Shown: positions 24,588 through 38,425 of the stretch, one piece after another
How positions within the stretch are numbered: the first letter of the stretch is position 1
Layout of the letters: each line of letters opens with the position of its first letter
NCBI GenBank assembly: GCA_030390025.1
Contig: CM059430.1
Coordinates: 61,690,001 to 61,754,000 of the forward strand
Direction: 5' to 3'
DNA length: 64,000 nucleotides
Origin: Squalus acanthias
Taxonomy: Eukaryota
The notes under the pieces: generated by a model
What the model saw: the letters and a program-made list of their open reading frames with translations, nothing else
What the model was told of the DNA's origin: nothing
The model's database searches: none
Translations under genes and position numbers: made by a program

Positions 24588-24911
24588 GCCTATCCAGTCT
24601 CCCCTTGAAAACATCGTGGGCTGGATTTTGTCTTGGGGTCGGGTTGGGGTCGTGTCATCCGCATTTCGTGTTTCCCCCCCCAACTCCAGATTAATGTGGG
24701 TGCCTGATGCAATTTTCACTTCATTGGGCAATTGAGTTGGAGCATGTTGGAACCCATGAACTAATTAGTGTTTTCAGTCTGAAAGTCGCCTCTGATGATG
24801 TCATCATTACTGACTGCCTAGTCTCAGAGACTGTTGGTGAGAGAGGACTTGTCTGGCTTTTGATGTGAGCGGACCTGGATTAATGCAAAACTGGGGTGGC
24901 GGGGGGGGGGG

Positions 24912-24949
<38 letters not shown>

Positions 24950-26237
24950 TAATTTTGTGCCAAGTAAGTCCTCCCAGGCAGTCTCTTAAGACATTCAATG
25001 CAGCATCATCAGAGGCAATGTTCAGACCTAATACAACTAGTACCACCTTCATCACATCTCCGTTGTAATAGTGGACTTGCATCCGATAGTCAGCTATCCA
25101 CTTGTGCTCACACCAGATTTCACTGGAGTGTTTCACACCAGGCGTGCTTCACGCCAAAAGAGGGTTAAACGAGCTACAGCGTTTCAAAATGGCATTACAG
25201 AGCCAATTTAGAGCTTGTTAAGGGCTTTAATGGCCTCTCCCGCCTCTTGGAGGCGGGACGGAATCGGGAACCGCGCGACTGATTATGTCAAAATTGCGTG
25301 GAGGCGGGATGGAGTCGGCATAGGGTCGGAAACCCCGACCGCGCAAATTTAACCCCCCACACGCCTCCAAACCCGACTCCATGGGTCATTCAAAATCCAG
25401 CCCTGTGTGTCTCCGCTTCCACCACGTCCGTCGGCAGCGAATTCCAGGTTATCACCACTCGCTGTGTAAAAAAACGTTTCCTCACCCCCCCCGGATCTCT
25501 TGCCCAAAACCTTAAATCTGTGCCACTAGTCCTTGTACCATCAACTAGTGGGAACAGCCTTTCCCAGTCTAGCCTATCCAAACCCGTCAAAATCTTGTAC
25601 ACATCTATCAAATCACCCCTCAACCTCCTTTGCATAATGAAAACAAATCCTTTTTCCCCAACCTGTCCTTGTAGCTAAGATCCCCCATCCCTAGAACCAT
25701 TCTGGTAATTCTCCTCTGCACCCTCTCAAGGGCCTTCACATCCTTCCTAAAGATTGTTGAACAGAACTGGATGCAATACTCCATTTGTTGCCTAACCAGC
25801 GCTTTATAAATGCTCAGCATAACTTCACTACATTTGTACTGAATACCTCGTTTTATGAAGCCCAAGATCCCATATGCTTTGTTAACCAATGTCTCAATAT
25901 GCCCTGCCACCTTCAGGGAACTATGCACATTAACTCCCAGGTCCCTCTGTCCCTGCACACTCTTTAAAACTGTGCCATTAATTGTATATTGCCTCTCCCT
26001 GTTCTTTCTGCCAAAATGCATCACCTCACACTTCTCTGTATTAAATTCCATCTGCCACTTGTCTGCCCATTCTGCTAGCCTTTCAATTTCCTGTTGCAGT
26101 CGATTGATATCATCATCACTGTTCGTCACGCCACCAAGTTTGGTGTCATCTGTAAATTTAGAAATTCTACTCTATATTCCAATATCCAGGTCATTTATGT
26201 ATATCAAAAGAAGCAGTGGCCCCAGCTCTGACCCTAG
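24588..26237 (-). mobile_element. CR1 RT C-terminal fragment, interrupted by the MITE at 24618-25403
   Basis: WADKWQMEFNTEKCEVMHFG, RLRGDLI, RFFTQRVV..WNSLP. Confidence 0.88.
24618..25403. mobile_element. MITE with 12-bp perfect TIRs, containing a poly-G/(GA)n tract
   Basis: GGGCTGGATTTT ... AAAATCCAGCCC; flanks cgt/tgt (imperfect 3-bp TSD); CR1 sequence continues on both sides. Confidence 0.82.
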
Positions 26238-27006
26238 TCGTGGGAAATGAAGTGGGTCAAGTGGATAATGTCAGTCGAGGAACATCTCGAGAATACTGGT
26301 CATGGTATTGTAAGGTTTAGATTGTTATGGAGAATGACAAGGAGCAATCTAGAATAAAAATATGTAACTGGAGGAGGGCTAATTTCAGCGAATTGAGGAG
26401 GGATCTGGCCCAGGTAAATTGGAGTCAAAGACTGACAGGCATAAATGTAATGGCTCAATGGACGGCCTTTAAAGAAGAGATCGTTCGAGTACAGTTTAAG
26501 TACATTCTCACAAGGAGGAAAGTGAGGGCAACCGAAGCCAGAGCTCCCGAGATGACAAAGGAGTTAGAGAGTAGGACGAAGTTGAAAAAAGGGGCGTATG
26601 ACAAATGTCAGCTTGATAATACAAGGGAGAATCAGGCTGAATATAAAACGTATAGAGGAGAAGTGAAAGAGGAAATAAGAGGGGCAAAGAGACAATAAGA
26701 GAATAGATCGGCGGCTAGGATAAACGAGAATCCAAAGATCTGCTATAGGCGTATTAACAGTAAAAGGTTTATCAGCGAAGCGGTGGGGCCAATTAGGGAC
26801 CAAAGTTGAAGTCTATTGGTGGAGGCAGAAGGTATGGCTTAGGTACTAAATGAGGACTTTACATCGGTGTTAAACAAAGAAGATGACTTTGCCAAAGCTA
26901 TGGTAAACGCCGAGGTTGCCAGGATACTGGATGAGATAAAAAAATAGATAAAGTTGAGGTACTAGAAAGGCTGGCCGAACTTAAAGTGGATACTTCACCC
27001 GGTCCG
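26238..27006 (+). mobile_element. CR1 ORF2 fragment (endonuclease end and linker), opposite orientation to the adjacent CR1
   Basis: NWRRANFSELRRDLAQVNW, then GPIRDQ, ending near the SPGP motif. Confidence 0.8.
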
Positions 27007-27949
27007 AACACTTTTCCTGTAATGATTCCCTGTGATGCTTGTAGATAATATTGTAATAGGGTTTCCAATGTTACTCGAGTCGCTGAGTTCTAACAACTCC
27101 CTGCAAATCATCATGTGTTGCCCACAAGTCACTCAAATATTTTCTAATACATAATCTATAATTGTTCCCATTTATGAAAAATAAAAGAAACAATTGAAAA
27201 TACACATTTCATGATAACATTATTAAATCTACCCGTCGAATTTTCTCTTGTATTCTTTAACGTCTTCATTAAATGTTTACTTGAAGACCTCAGTCTATCC
27301 CAAAAGTCATGCTCCAACTTGATATTTTTGCCGACAGCTGTGATTCTGTTCGGTGAAAGCAGATTCTGAGGATGTGCAGTGTATCTAATTTCCTAGGATG
27401 CATCAGTACCATTCAATCAACAGTAATGGGGAATATGTTTCTTTAACCTCAGGCAATTTATTCTCTGTTGTTTATCAAAGTTATTTAAAGGAAAGCTAGG
27501 GGACGTTTATTCTGCGTATTTATGTTATAACAATGTGTGCGTTTGTAACTATGAGAGAAACAGAAAGAGAGTAGAGTAAAAATGTGGAGATTAGACATCT
27601 GTTGAAGCTTTTATTTTGTGTTTCTATAAACTTTGGAAAGCACATTGAGCTGATCTAGAAGCTCTTTTCTCACCCGAAGTTTTGTAAAAGATTCAAAGAT
27701 TGTTAAATTTTGAAGCCAACAGAAGGCGTCTCTCCTGTGTTATTTTGACAGGTAGAAAATGAAATATTCTAATTTCTGACACTTATGTAAAGCACAGAAG
27801 CCAGAGACACATATGTACACAAATTGATAGAGAGACAGACAGAAATATTTCCTTTTCTGTACAACCCGCACGTGAAACTGCAGACATCAGCAGCTTATTT
27901 TCCAGGTTAACATATCACCCCACGTCTGAAAAGAAATAATGGAAGAAGT

Positions 27950-28170
27950 AAATGGCAGAGAAGCAGAAGACACGAGGGAGAGAGATGGGGAGAGAACGAG
28001 AGAGAGAGAGAAAGAAAGAAAGGCACAGCGTGTGTCCGCGTTTATGTGAGAGAGAGAGAGGCAAAGAGAAGATTTAGGGTGAGAGAAACAAGAGAAGAGA
28101 AAGAGAGACAAAAGCAGAGAAGCAGAGACGGAGAGAAATAGCAACACGAAGATAACAGAGACAGGTAAAG
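27950..28170. repeat. Degenerate GA-rich microsatellite / low-complexity tract
   Basis: Runs of (ga)n, gaaa and gaca. Confidence 0.8.
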
Positions 28171-28831
28171 CAGATATCATATATTCTGACTTCACATATG
28201 CAACCCCACGGGAAATTGACTAGTTCGTATAAAATCGTATAGCTTAGCTGAGGCTGAAACGCTCCCAGTCCATTGAAATCAATGGGTAATGTGGCAAAGT
28301 TAACAGTAACACCTGCTATCTTCCCGCTTTCCACAGGATGGCACTGCATCCGCTTAAAACAGTTATACAAGAAACCGAGCTATTCCAAACTTGTTCCAGA
28401 GGTGGAGCTATGAATTTCCTCAGCCTGTTACAACAATGCAGCTTAAAGACATACCATTTCCTCTCAGTAGGAGCGAGCCTGGTCAGGGGAGATCCACTAT
28501 AATCAGTCTATATTTATCAGTTATGTTTGAATGGGCTATGGGTTTGTTGACTGAAGAATGCTGTGGTATATGACTGTACTGTCTTCATTTAACGGAAAGC
28601 TCAGATGTATAAAGGATTCATTTGTGTTTATATTTCAATTTGAAAAAAACACTATATCTGAGCTTTGAAATCTGGCCATGTGATTATACAAACGTTTCAG
28701 GCATTGCGATCGAATTCTTTTTTCACTATTTTATGAAATGCTTTAATTCGTTTAGTTAAACGTAACGCTTCTGCTACAAAATCGCAGACTCAATAATTTA
28801 AACCAATATGATAAGGATTGATACTTAGATA

Positions 28832-28964
28832 ATAAAGCGAAATACTGCAGATGCTGGAAATCTGAATTAAAAGAGAAAATGCTGGAAATAGTCAGCAGGT
28901 CAGGCAGTATCTGTGGAGAGAGAAACAGAGTTAACTTTTCAGGTCGTTGACCTTTCTTCAGAAC
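28832..28964 (-). mobile_element. PLE-family-2 terminal repeat with a complete minimal hammerhead (28930-28964)
   Basis: Minus strand gtt-CTGAAGA-a-AGGTC-aac-GACCT-GAAA-ag-TT-aac followed by the ctccacagatactgcctgacctgctg motif. Confidence 0.8.
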
Positions 28965-29884
28965 TGGCCAGATACTTGGATAATACCATGGAATTCTGAA
29001 GCTATGCTTCCAAGGAGAACTAAAGCCAATTGTCTCTCAATTGAAATTGTTCGCATTGAATCATTCAAATACAAATTATATTTATTTCAAAAAATAACAT
29101 TTTGCGACACAGTATATGATTAATTTGAGACAGGATCTGTGGTAAGTGTAGCATGCTTGGGAGGAACAGGAGACTTTGACACTTTGGTTCCCAAAGCTCT
29201 CTACCACTGGGGTTTTCCTCGCGCCGTGAATCATGTATCATGCGACAACCAGGATGGTAGAAGGGGAGCTGTGATAATTTTTCGTCTAGCAATTCCTACG
29301 TTCCTATGTAAATAACCAATTAACTTATAGGGCTACCATCTAATACAGTTATCTTCATATCAATTAAATGAAGTTACATATAACATTTCAGTTTTGCCTT
29401 TATTTTATATAACCTGCCGGGCGATGCAAGTTATTCTGTTGGCTCTACACCACATTCAAGCGGAGCAAAGTGCTGCTTCGATGTTACGCAAAGAATTCCA
29501 CTCCCCGTCCAGCTAAAATCGGTTAACTCGATGATAGTGTAGGTTAAGCATTGGTTCTTTGCCAAAGTTAGAAGACGCCAAAAGAAATTAGAAAGTTCAA
29601 AAATTTCACTTTGTTCTACTTGTATTTAACTACAGCAGGCACTAATCCAACGCTCCGTGGTTTTAATGAGCACCAATGTTGCTTGCTGGAATGTGAAACT
29701 CTATTCATTCGGAGACTTGAGGTTTTGGATGTAATCGGATCGTCTCAAACTTCATTTACAACTTTTTTTGGTCTTGATAAAGAGCAGAATAACCAATACA
29801 AACTTTGCTAATATTGAACCAAGCTTTAGAGACAGGTGAACTGAGCTTTTCCAATACGGACAGTCAGGCACATGTTTTTTTAAA

Positions 29885-30676
29885 TTATTCGATCATGGGA
29901 TGTGGGCGCCGCTGACAAGGCCAGCATTTATTGCCCATCCCCTGTTGCCATTGAGAAGGTGGTGGTGAGCAACCTTCTTCAATGGCTGCAGTCCGTGTGC
30001 TAAAGGTACTCCCACAGTACTGTTAGGGAGGGAGTTTGACACAGTGCCGATGAAGGAACGGCGATATACTTCCAAGTCAGGATGGTGTGTGACTTGGAGG
30101 GAAACTTGGAGGTGTTGGTGTTCCCATGCGCCTGCTGCCCTTGTCCTTCCAGATAGTAGAGGTCGTGAGTTTGGGAGGTGCTACCGACTAAGGCTTGGCG
30201 AGTTGCTGCAGTGCATCTTGTAGATGATACACACTGCAGCCACGGTACGCCGGTGGTGGAGGGAGTGCATGATTAAAGTGGTGGGTGGGATGCCAATCAA
30301 GTGGGCTGCTTTGTCTTGGATGGTGTCGAGCTTCTTGAGTGTTGTTGGAGCTGCACTCATCCAAGCAAGTGGAGAGTATTCCATCACACTCCTGACTTGT
30401 GCCTTGTAGATGGTGGAAAGTCTTTGGGGAGTCAGGAGGTGAGACACTCGCTGCAGAATGCCCAGCCTCTGACCTGCTCTTGTTGCCACAGTGTTTAGGT
30501 GGCTGGTCCATTTAAGTTTCTGATGAATGGTGACCCCCAGGATGTTGATGGTTGTGGATTCGGCGGTGGCAATGCCGTTGAATGTCAAGGGGCGGTGGTT
30601 AGACGCTCGCTTGTTCGAGATAGTCATTCCCTGGCACTTGTGTGGCACGAATGTTTCCTGGCACTTATCAGCCCAT
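29885..30676 (-). mobile_element. Family B LINE 3' fragment
   Basis: ORF 30181-30648 (PHKCQ..MEYSPLAW..YKMHCSNSP) and the shared 3' end. Confidence 0.88.
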
Positions 30677-31189
30677 TCAGGACATTCAGGACAATTTCCG
30701 CTTTACCTGACCAGCGAACAGTGTGCAGCTACAGTCCTTTAATGCACTAAGTGGCTTTTAGTCTCAAATATGTACCTAAAGTTTAAAAGCGACACAATAG
30801 CTCTCAATTCAGTTAAAAGCTGTAGTTCGAGCGAGCGCCATTGCAAGTCACCAGTTAGTTGTTTTACTTTGAAAATTATATTTCAATTTACTTGGATGTA
30901 AATACTGTTTGTTTAACATTGATAACCAGCTTTATCCCTTTTTAAAATCTTGTTTCTGTATCGCTCACAGGTACTGTTAATTCGGATCTGAATGAATCGG
31001 AAACAGGTAAGTTACATGTACATGCTACATACAACTGTTTGAGACTTTGAGATGAGGCATAGTTTAGCTTGTATTCATGTTTCACCTTCCTGAAAACGTA
31101 CATGAGCTCACAGCTTTTCATAAAATGTCCAGAACAGAAAAACAAAAAGTCCCCAAAACAAGGAGTTATGTGCAAACAGTCCATTTTTA

Positions 31190-31700
31190 ATGCTTATACC
31201 CCTGGTTCTAGTTTTCCCTAACATTGGGAACATTCTGCCCGCATCTAATTTGTCTAAACCAGTCAGGATTTTAAATGTCTCTATAAGATCCCCCCTCATT
31301 CTTCTGAACTCCAGAGGATACAAGTTCAGTTGACCCAATCTTTCTTGATATGTCAGTCCGGCCATCCCAGGAATCAATCTAGTGAACCTTCGCTGCACTC
31401 CCTCAATAGCAAGAATGTCCTTCCTCAAGTTAGGAGACCAAAACTGCGCACAATACTCCAGGTGTGGCCTCACCAAGGCCCTGTACAACTGCAGCATCAC
31501 CTCCCTACTCCTGTACTCAAATCCCCTTACTATGAAGGCCATCATTCCGTTTGCTTTCTTGACTGCCTGCTGCACTTGCATTCCCACCTTCAGTGACTGA
31601 TGTACCATGACGCCCAGGTCTCGTTGCACCTCCACTTTCCCTAATCTGCCACCATTCAGGTAATAGTCCGCCTCTCTATTTTTACCACCAAAGTGGATTC
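31190..31700 (-). mobile_element. CR1 RT C-terminal fragment
   Basis: QRDLGV, LYRALVRPHLEYC, RRMRGDLIET. Confidence 0.9.
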
Positions 31701-34700
31701 GATTTTGTAATTTTGCCACCGATGATTACATTGATTGTACACAAACCGCATCAGACGCACACAAGAGCAAGAGTCACATAGAGATACTGCAATAAGATAA
31801 GATTCCTCCCAATTTAAATTAGCTTTTATTCTGAAAATTGCCCTGTGTGATATCAACACAGGATCGCCGAAGGTGTGCATATTAAATTCCTTGCCCATTA
31901 TTTTACTGGAGACAGCAACTTCTTTGAAGTAAATTGTTTAATGTCTGTATTGAAATAACCGATGGAAGAAGTTGCTATGAATTCTTAAGGATTCGTAACC
32001 GAATGTTGTACTGCATAAACTCAAGGGCCTTATTCAAGCGTCCGTAAATAGCTGGGTCTCCAGTTATGCTGTGAGACAGTAGCTTTGGAACTCGGAATGC
32101 GTTCGTCCAAAATGTCTCTCTTTCTTATTTCACCGGATGCACGATTCCATTTAAAACAGAATGGCAAACGCCTCCTCTAAAAGAGGGAAGAGACAAATTG
32201 TAGATAATACCTCAATTGTTCTCAGGGAGTAACCTCAGGGCCTATTTGTACAAACCACGTTTATGGATGGGGTTGGATTTGAGAAAAGTTATTACCCTGT
32301 TTCGAATAGTTTTATGTGGCAGTAATGGTCGAACATCAGATAAAACTAGAATCCTGGTTACGTTCAAAGTGAGAGCTATGGTGTATTCTTCATTACCCAA
32401 ACACTGCCTAATTTTCTGGATCCTATTTGAATCAGTGATGAAGCCAAATCAAACAGCTGCTGTGACTAACACCGCTGTATTAAAAAAATGCATCTGTTCA
32501 TGCTTACATGGCTGAAAGCACATTTAATCACTTAACCCTAATTATATCGAATTGAAATATTGGACAGGACGTCAACTGTGAGTTCTCAACTTCACTGCAA
32601 GGTCAAACATCTCACCTTCCAACTGGAGATATTCCTTTTCATTCTGCTCTGCATTTAGCAGCTGGAGAAATTTCAGGGAGGCAAAAAATCGATTTATAAA
32701 GAAAAAAAGATTAACCTGCATTTGCATTCTTGATCCTTACCCTCTGCTAGAAATTGCTCCTTAGCGGATACCGATAGGGGACAGGATGGGTTACAGCTAT
32801 GTTGACCCTCACAATCGAAAAGCCTACCGCCACTCTAGGCCACTTGGGTGAGCTTGTAGAGGGTAGCCGGCAGCCGTGGATTTTAACCCAAACATAATTC
32901 AACAATTTCGGAGAGCAGGGGAGGAGACTGAAGGGATACAAGTCAGAAAGAAATGTCTGAAGTTCAATAGCAACACATTTAAATATGTTTTAACTCTGAC
33001 GAGGTGAAAAGACAGGCAGCAAACTGAATTGTTTACTGAATTGCTGGTAGGCACATACCAAATACCCACTGGAAAATGCAGTTGAAAATTATATATTACC
33101 AAACAGCAATTATAACTTTAGTCGAAATTGAGAGAATGTAATGTTGTAATATGTATTACACAACTTTTCAATTAAATATCTTCTGGTCATGTAATTAAAT
33201 AAAGAGTAGATGTGTATCTGGGATAGCAATGTATTTTTTAAAACTCATTTCATTGGGTATGCAGGATCCTGCTTGGGATTAAACCAAAGAATGAAAACAA
33301 GTAGCGGAAGAATGATGACGATTTCTACATTGTGTTTTTTTTATATACAGTCCATGTAATGGGCAACTCATGAGGAGTGAACTTGTGCGGGTGCCTCTGA
33401 ACTTTAACTGAACATCTCAAAGACATTAAGATGTGTACCTCGATGACGCATAGAATCAGGAGCAGTTAAACAAAGATTGTATACACGGCACAACATCATT
33501 GTCACCTAAGATACATATTTAAATGCTATTTTGTAGCTTCGCCTATGCTTCACGTCGCATAATATCGTTTATTTTTGCTCTGCATAATTTTAAATGATTC
33601 GTTATAGACTAGAAATGAATCGGTAAACGGAAATAGCTACGATTTAACAGTTGATCATTGTTGTGTCTCTCTGTGCAATCTTTATTCTCCAATTGAGCTT
33701 CTAGGTTAAGTCGCATTCCCACTTCACCTACATGACATGTCTCATCGTGAGTTGTCTCCCTCACAGCCCCTTACCTATCTTACCTAGAACAGAGATGCCT
33801 CAATGAAAAGGACCGCCTTGAACTAATTCATGTCAATCTTAGTGTCATCTTAAAATTGATTAATTGTCGAAAAATAAAGCAGATGCTAACACATTTATCC
33901 CAGCCCATTAAACCATTTGCAAAAAACCCGGCCCTGTCCAATACCCCGACATAATGTACACCATTTACTCACTGGACTAGTTTCGAGCGATCGATAGATA
34001 CTGAGAGGTGTCTCAGGCCTTAATTTTATATTTGGTCCTGGGAATTACGTTTGGACGGCTTTCCAAATTGCGTACATGCATGTAAAATAAAAAAGCATAA
34101 ATTAGAAAGTAACCTGATTGAAAAAATGACAGGTTATAACAAAACGTTTAAACGGTATAAATAATACATAAGAAAGTAGAAATAGCCGGGGTGGTAATTC
34201 GTTACTCAAACAAAGCAGGCTAGCTTGATCTTTCACTGCAAGCGTTAGACCAATCATTGATGTTCTTTTGATTTGAATGTTGCAAAATGAGCAAACGAAC
34301 TTGCACAATAAGGTGTTAAATTTATCTCCTTCAACCTGTTGCAGTGACAGGGCGAGTGTTTCGCAATGTGATTAATACGGCTGTGCGGCGGCGATAGGCT
34401 GTTTACGGTCCTTTCAATTTAATCAGATACTCGAGATATTTCTGCTCAGGAAGCTTCGGTTGCATTAGTGCAGGTGTTAATATTAAGCCACGCAGTAAAC
34501 CTCACTACCAAAATATACCGAATATAATACACCATGTATTCTTTATGTATGAATGTGCTGTATGTCAAATGGTAATAATCGCAATAAAATAAATAGGTGA
34601 ATTGGGATTGATCAGCGGTTTTGCAAGCAAGCACTTTCCCAAGAGGAAATATAATCACAGCCTTATGACTCGGGATTGTGTGACCCACAGAAGATTAATC

Positions 34701-34726
34701 TGCTGTTTTCTGAAGAAGGAAATGCA

Positions 34727-35145
34727 ATGGGTACGGTAGTATAGTGGTTATGTTACTGGAATTGTAACCCAGCCAGCGTGAGTTAAAATTTCAACATAGC
34801 AGTTTGAGAATTTTAATTCAGTTTGAAAAAAAATGCATGATAATCAAAAAATGTTTCAGATAAATCTCTTTATGGATGTGATTGAAGGAATAAAAATCTG
34901 GTAGCAGTAAAATTGACAATCAAGCTGTTGGATTGTTTTAAAACCCCAGCGGTTAACTATTGACTAACGATCAAATAACGGCTCATTCCTTTAGACAAGG
35001 AAAACTGCCACCCGGCCTATATATGTCTCCAGTCTCGCACCAATGTGGTTCACTCTGAACTGTACTCTGAAAAGGCCTAGGAAGTCATCCAGTTGTAAAA
35101 AAAAACCTTCAAGAACAAGGCCCGGCACCATCACCTTCTCATGTC
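34727..35145 (+). mobile_element. Degenerate tRNA-headed SINE with family-B-LINE-like body and tail
   Basis: A-box-like ggtagtatagtgg head; body similar to 61090-61290; tail caagaacaaggcccggcaccatcaccttctc resembles family B aagaaggcggctcaccaccaccttctc. Confidence 0.6.
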
Positions 35146-35789
35146 AAAGGGTTGAGCCCAAAACCACTTAGAAAATAAAGATGGAAAACCTACTCTGTAA
35201 ACGAGACAAATCACTTATATTTAAACTATTTTACCTGTTTTCGAAAATGCAGAAGCAGATTTAAAACAATGTTGCCGACTTTCCTTCCCATTTCCCGTCT
35301 GTTCTTGAAAGTGAATCAGTTAAGCGGCAACATGCACATTTAGCCCTCCTGTACCATTCACCCTCACCCAACTGACCATTCTTCAAGCATCAGTGCTAAT
35401 GGTGACTGGCGGTGGAACATGGAAATGCAGCCAGAATTGGGCCATAGGGTACATGCACGCATAAAGACACAGCCTGTAGTAGGCGTCACGAGTGCAAAGT
35501 AGATATAGGTGAGTAAATAAGTTGGTCCGTGCTCCCTGAAAGACGCTACATATTCCGAACAGAGTATCCAATTGTTTTCGAAATTATTCCATGGATTATT
35601 TTTTATCTCCACTACTCTAACTGGAAGTCCCTTCCACATGGTCACCACTCCTGTGTGAAAATAAATCTTCCTGATATCAGTCTTAAATTTACCTTCTGCT
35701 CGTTTGCACTCGTGAAAACTTGTCCTACAGTCACTGCTTAGCTGTCAGTAGTATTTACAAATTACGTTTACCATCCTATTTTATACATA

Positions 35790-38425
35790 AGCATCGTAGA
35801 ATTATCGAAACTTTCAGCACAGAAGGAGGCCATTCGGCCCGTCCTGCATGTGCTGCCTCTTTGTAAAAGCATCCGTGCTTAGTCCCACATCCCTGCTTTT
35901 TCTCCGTAACAATGTAAGTTCCTCATCCTCAAGTAGCTGCCAACAACCTTTTAAAATTATTTATGGCATCAGCTTCCACCATCTTCGAGTGAAAAGAAAA
36001 CTCCTCATCGCCCCTCTAGATCTTTTGTCAATGATTTTTAACCTATGGCCTGTAGTTATTGCACCGCTCGCCAGAGGGAATATTTTTCTCTACTCTATCA
36101 AAATCTACCTTTTCCAACTTCTCCTCATAACTGAAGTCCCTCATCCCTGGTAATATCCTAGTAAACCTCCTCTGTATCCTTTCTAAGATCTTTACATCTT
36201 TCATGAAGTGTGGTGCCCAGAATTATCCACAATAATCCGGCTGAGGCCGAAGCAGTGATTATAAAGTTCGAGCATGATCTCTTTGCTTTTTATAATCTAT
36301 TCCTCTCTTTATAAACCCAAGTAACCCATCTGATTTTTAACCATCTTATCAAGTTGCCCTGCATCATTTAAGGATTTGTGTATAAGGACACCACGGTCTC
36401 TCTGCTCATCTACACTTTTCAAAATCGTGCCGTTTTCACTATAAAGTCTTTCCATATAAGCGCTCCCAAAGTGCATCACTTCACATTTCTCCGCATTGAA
36501 CTCCATCTGCCATACATCTTCACATTTCACAATCCTGTCTATGTAATCTCGAAGCCTATAACAATCCTCATCTCGATCTAATACTTTATCAAGTTCCGCA
36601 TCATCTGCAAACATTAAAATTATCCTCCCTACAGCCGAATTTAGGTCGTTTATAAGAATTGAATAGAGTAATGGACCCAAACCTGATCCTTGGGAACACC
36701 ACTGCAAACCATCTCCAAGTCTGAAAAACATCTATCTACCACTACCCTTTGCTTCCTGTCACTGAGCCAATCTTGTATCCATACCGCCAGTTTCCCCTTA
36801 ATTCCATGGGCATTCATCTTCTTAACAAGCCTCCTGTGCGCAATTTGTCAAATACCTTCCAAAGGTCCATTCAAACAACATCTACTGCACTACCTTGATC
36901 AACCATCTCTGTTACCTCATCAAACAATTCAAACAAGTTAGTCAGACAAGATTTGCCTTTAACAAATCCATGCTGACTCACCTTGGTTAACCCATGCCTT
37001 TCCAAATGAAAGTTTATTTTATCCCTGGTAATGGTTTCTAATAACTTCTCCACTACCGATGTTAGGCTGACTGGCCTGTAGTTTCCTGGTTTATCCCTCT
37101 CCCCTAACCTGAATAGAGGTATAACATTAGCAACCCTCCAGCAATACTCCTGTATCCAATGATAATTGAAAGATTTTGACCAATGCCTCTGCTATTTCTA
37201 CCTTTGCTTCTTTCAGCAACCATTGTGAAGACAGATGCAATGTATACATTTAATAGTTTAGCCATGTCCACTGCCTCGTCATGAAGATTTCCCTGTGGTC
37301 CATTAATAGCCCAACTTTGTCCCTACCTAAATACTTACACTTTATATGTATATAACAAGTTTGAGGGTTCATTTCAACATTGCTTGCTAATCTTTTCTCG
37401 TAAGCTCTCTTTGCCTCCTGAAGTAACTTTTTCCAATTCCCTCCTGTAATTTCCATAATCCTCCTGATTAATAATTGAATCTTGCTCCTGAAATTTGTCA
37501 TAAGCCTCTTTTTTCTGTTTTATTTTAACTTGTATTTCCTTTGTCATCCACGGCGCATTAACTTTGGATGCGCGACCTTTTCCCTTCGAAGGAAGAGGCT
37601 TAGTTCGCACCTGAACTATTTCTTCCTGAATGACTTCCATTGCTCCGTTACTGCTTTACCCTGCAATCGCCTTTACAATCTATCTGTGCTAGGTCGCTCC
37701 TTAAACCACTGGAATTAGCTCTTCCCCAGTTGAGCACATTTGTCTTCGATATTTTCTGGTCTCCTTCCATGCTTATTTTAAACCGAATTATGTTGTGGTC
37801 AATTTTAGCTAGATGATCTCCTACGGTAATGCACACCACTTGCCCTACTTCATTGCCCAGAACCAGATCCAACACTGCTTCCTTCCTTGTTGGACTGGAG
37901 ATATATTGATCGAGAAAGTTCTCCTGTACACGTATCAGAAATTGCTCTCCTTCCCTACCCTCAGCACTATGTTTTCCGCAATCTATATTGGGGTAATTAA
38001 AGTCTCCTAATATTACTACTCTATTTTTGTTAAACGCCTTTGAAATCTGCCGACAAATATGCTCATCTATCTCCTTCCCACTGTTTGGAGCTCTATATAA
38101 TAAACTTCCAACCTTGTAACAGGTCCCCCTCTGTTCCTCAACTCAAGACAAATAAATTCAGTCCTAGAAACATCGAGTATGTACTTTCTAATTAGAACTG
38201 TAACATCATCTTCAATCAATGCTGCCACGCCCCCTGCTCTTTATCCTTCTCTATCGTTCCTGAATACTTGGTAACCAGGAATATTAAGAACCAATTCCTG
38301 GCCTTGTTTTAGCCAGGTCTCTATTAATGCAACCACTTCACAATCCCATGCAGCAATTTGTTCCTGCAGCTCAACAACCTTATTAATTACACTGCGGATA
38401 TTGGCCAACATACAAAACTTCATTT
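35790..38425 (-). mobile_element. CR1 ORF2 (APE endonuclease through RT and 3' UTR), decayed
   Basis: NIRSVINK..ETWL, LDLVLGNE..DHN, QHGFVKGKSCLTNL, MFADD; 3' hairpin gaaggaggccattcggccc. Confidence 0.9.

Noticed and set aside
27270-27360. Hydrophobic stretch NLIFLPTAVILF followed by g|gtgaaa as an alternative leader exon
   Set aside because: No nearby in-frame ATG, weak donor, and 12 kb from the V exon; the 39568-39601 candidate fits better.
27887-28195. Hydrophobic Ser/Leu-rich ORF as a membrane protein
   Set aside because: It is the translation of a GA/TC low-complexity tract.
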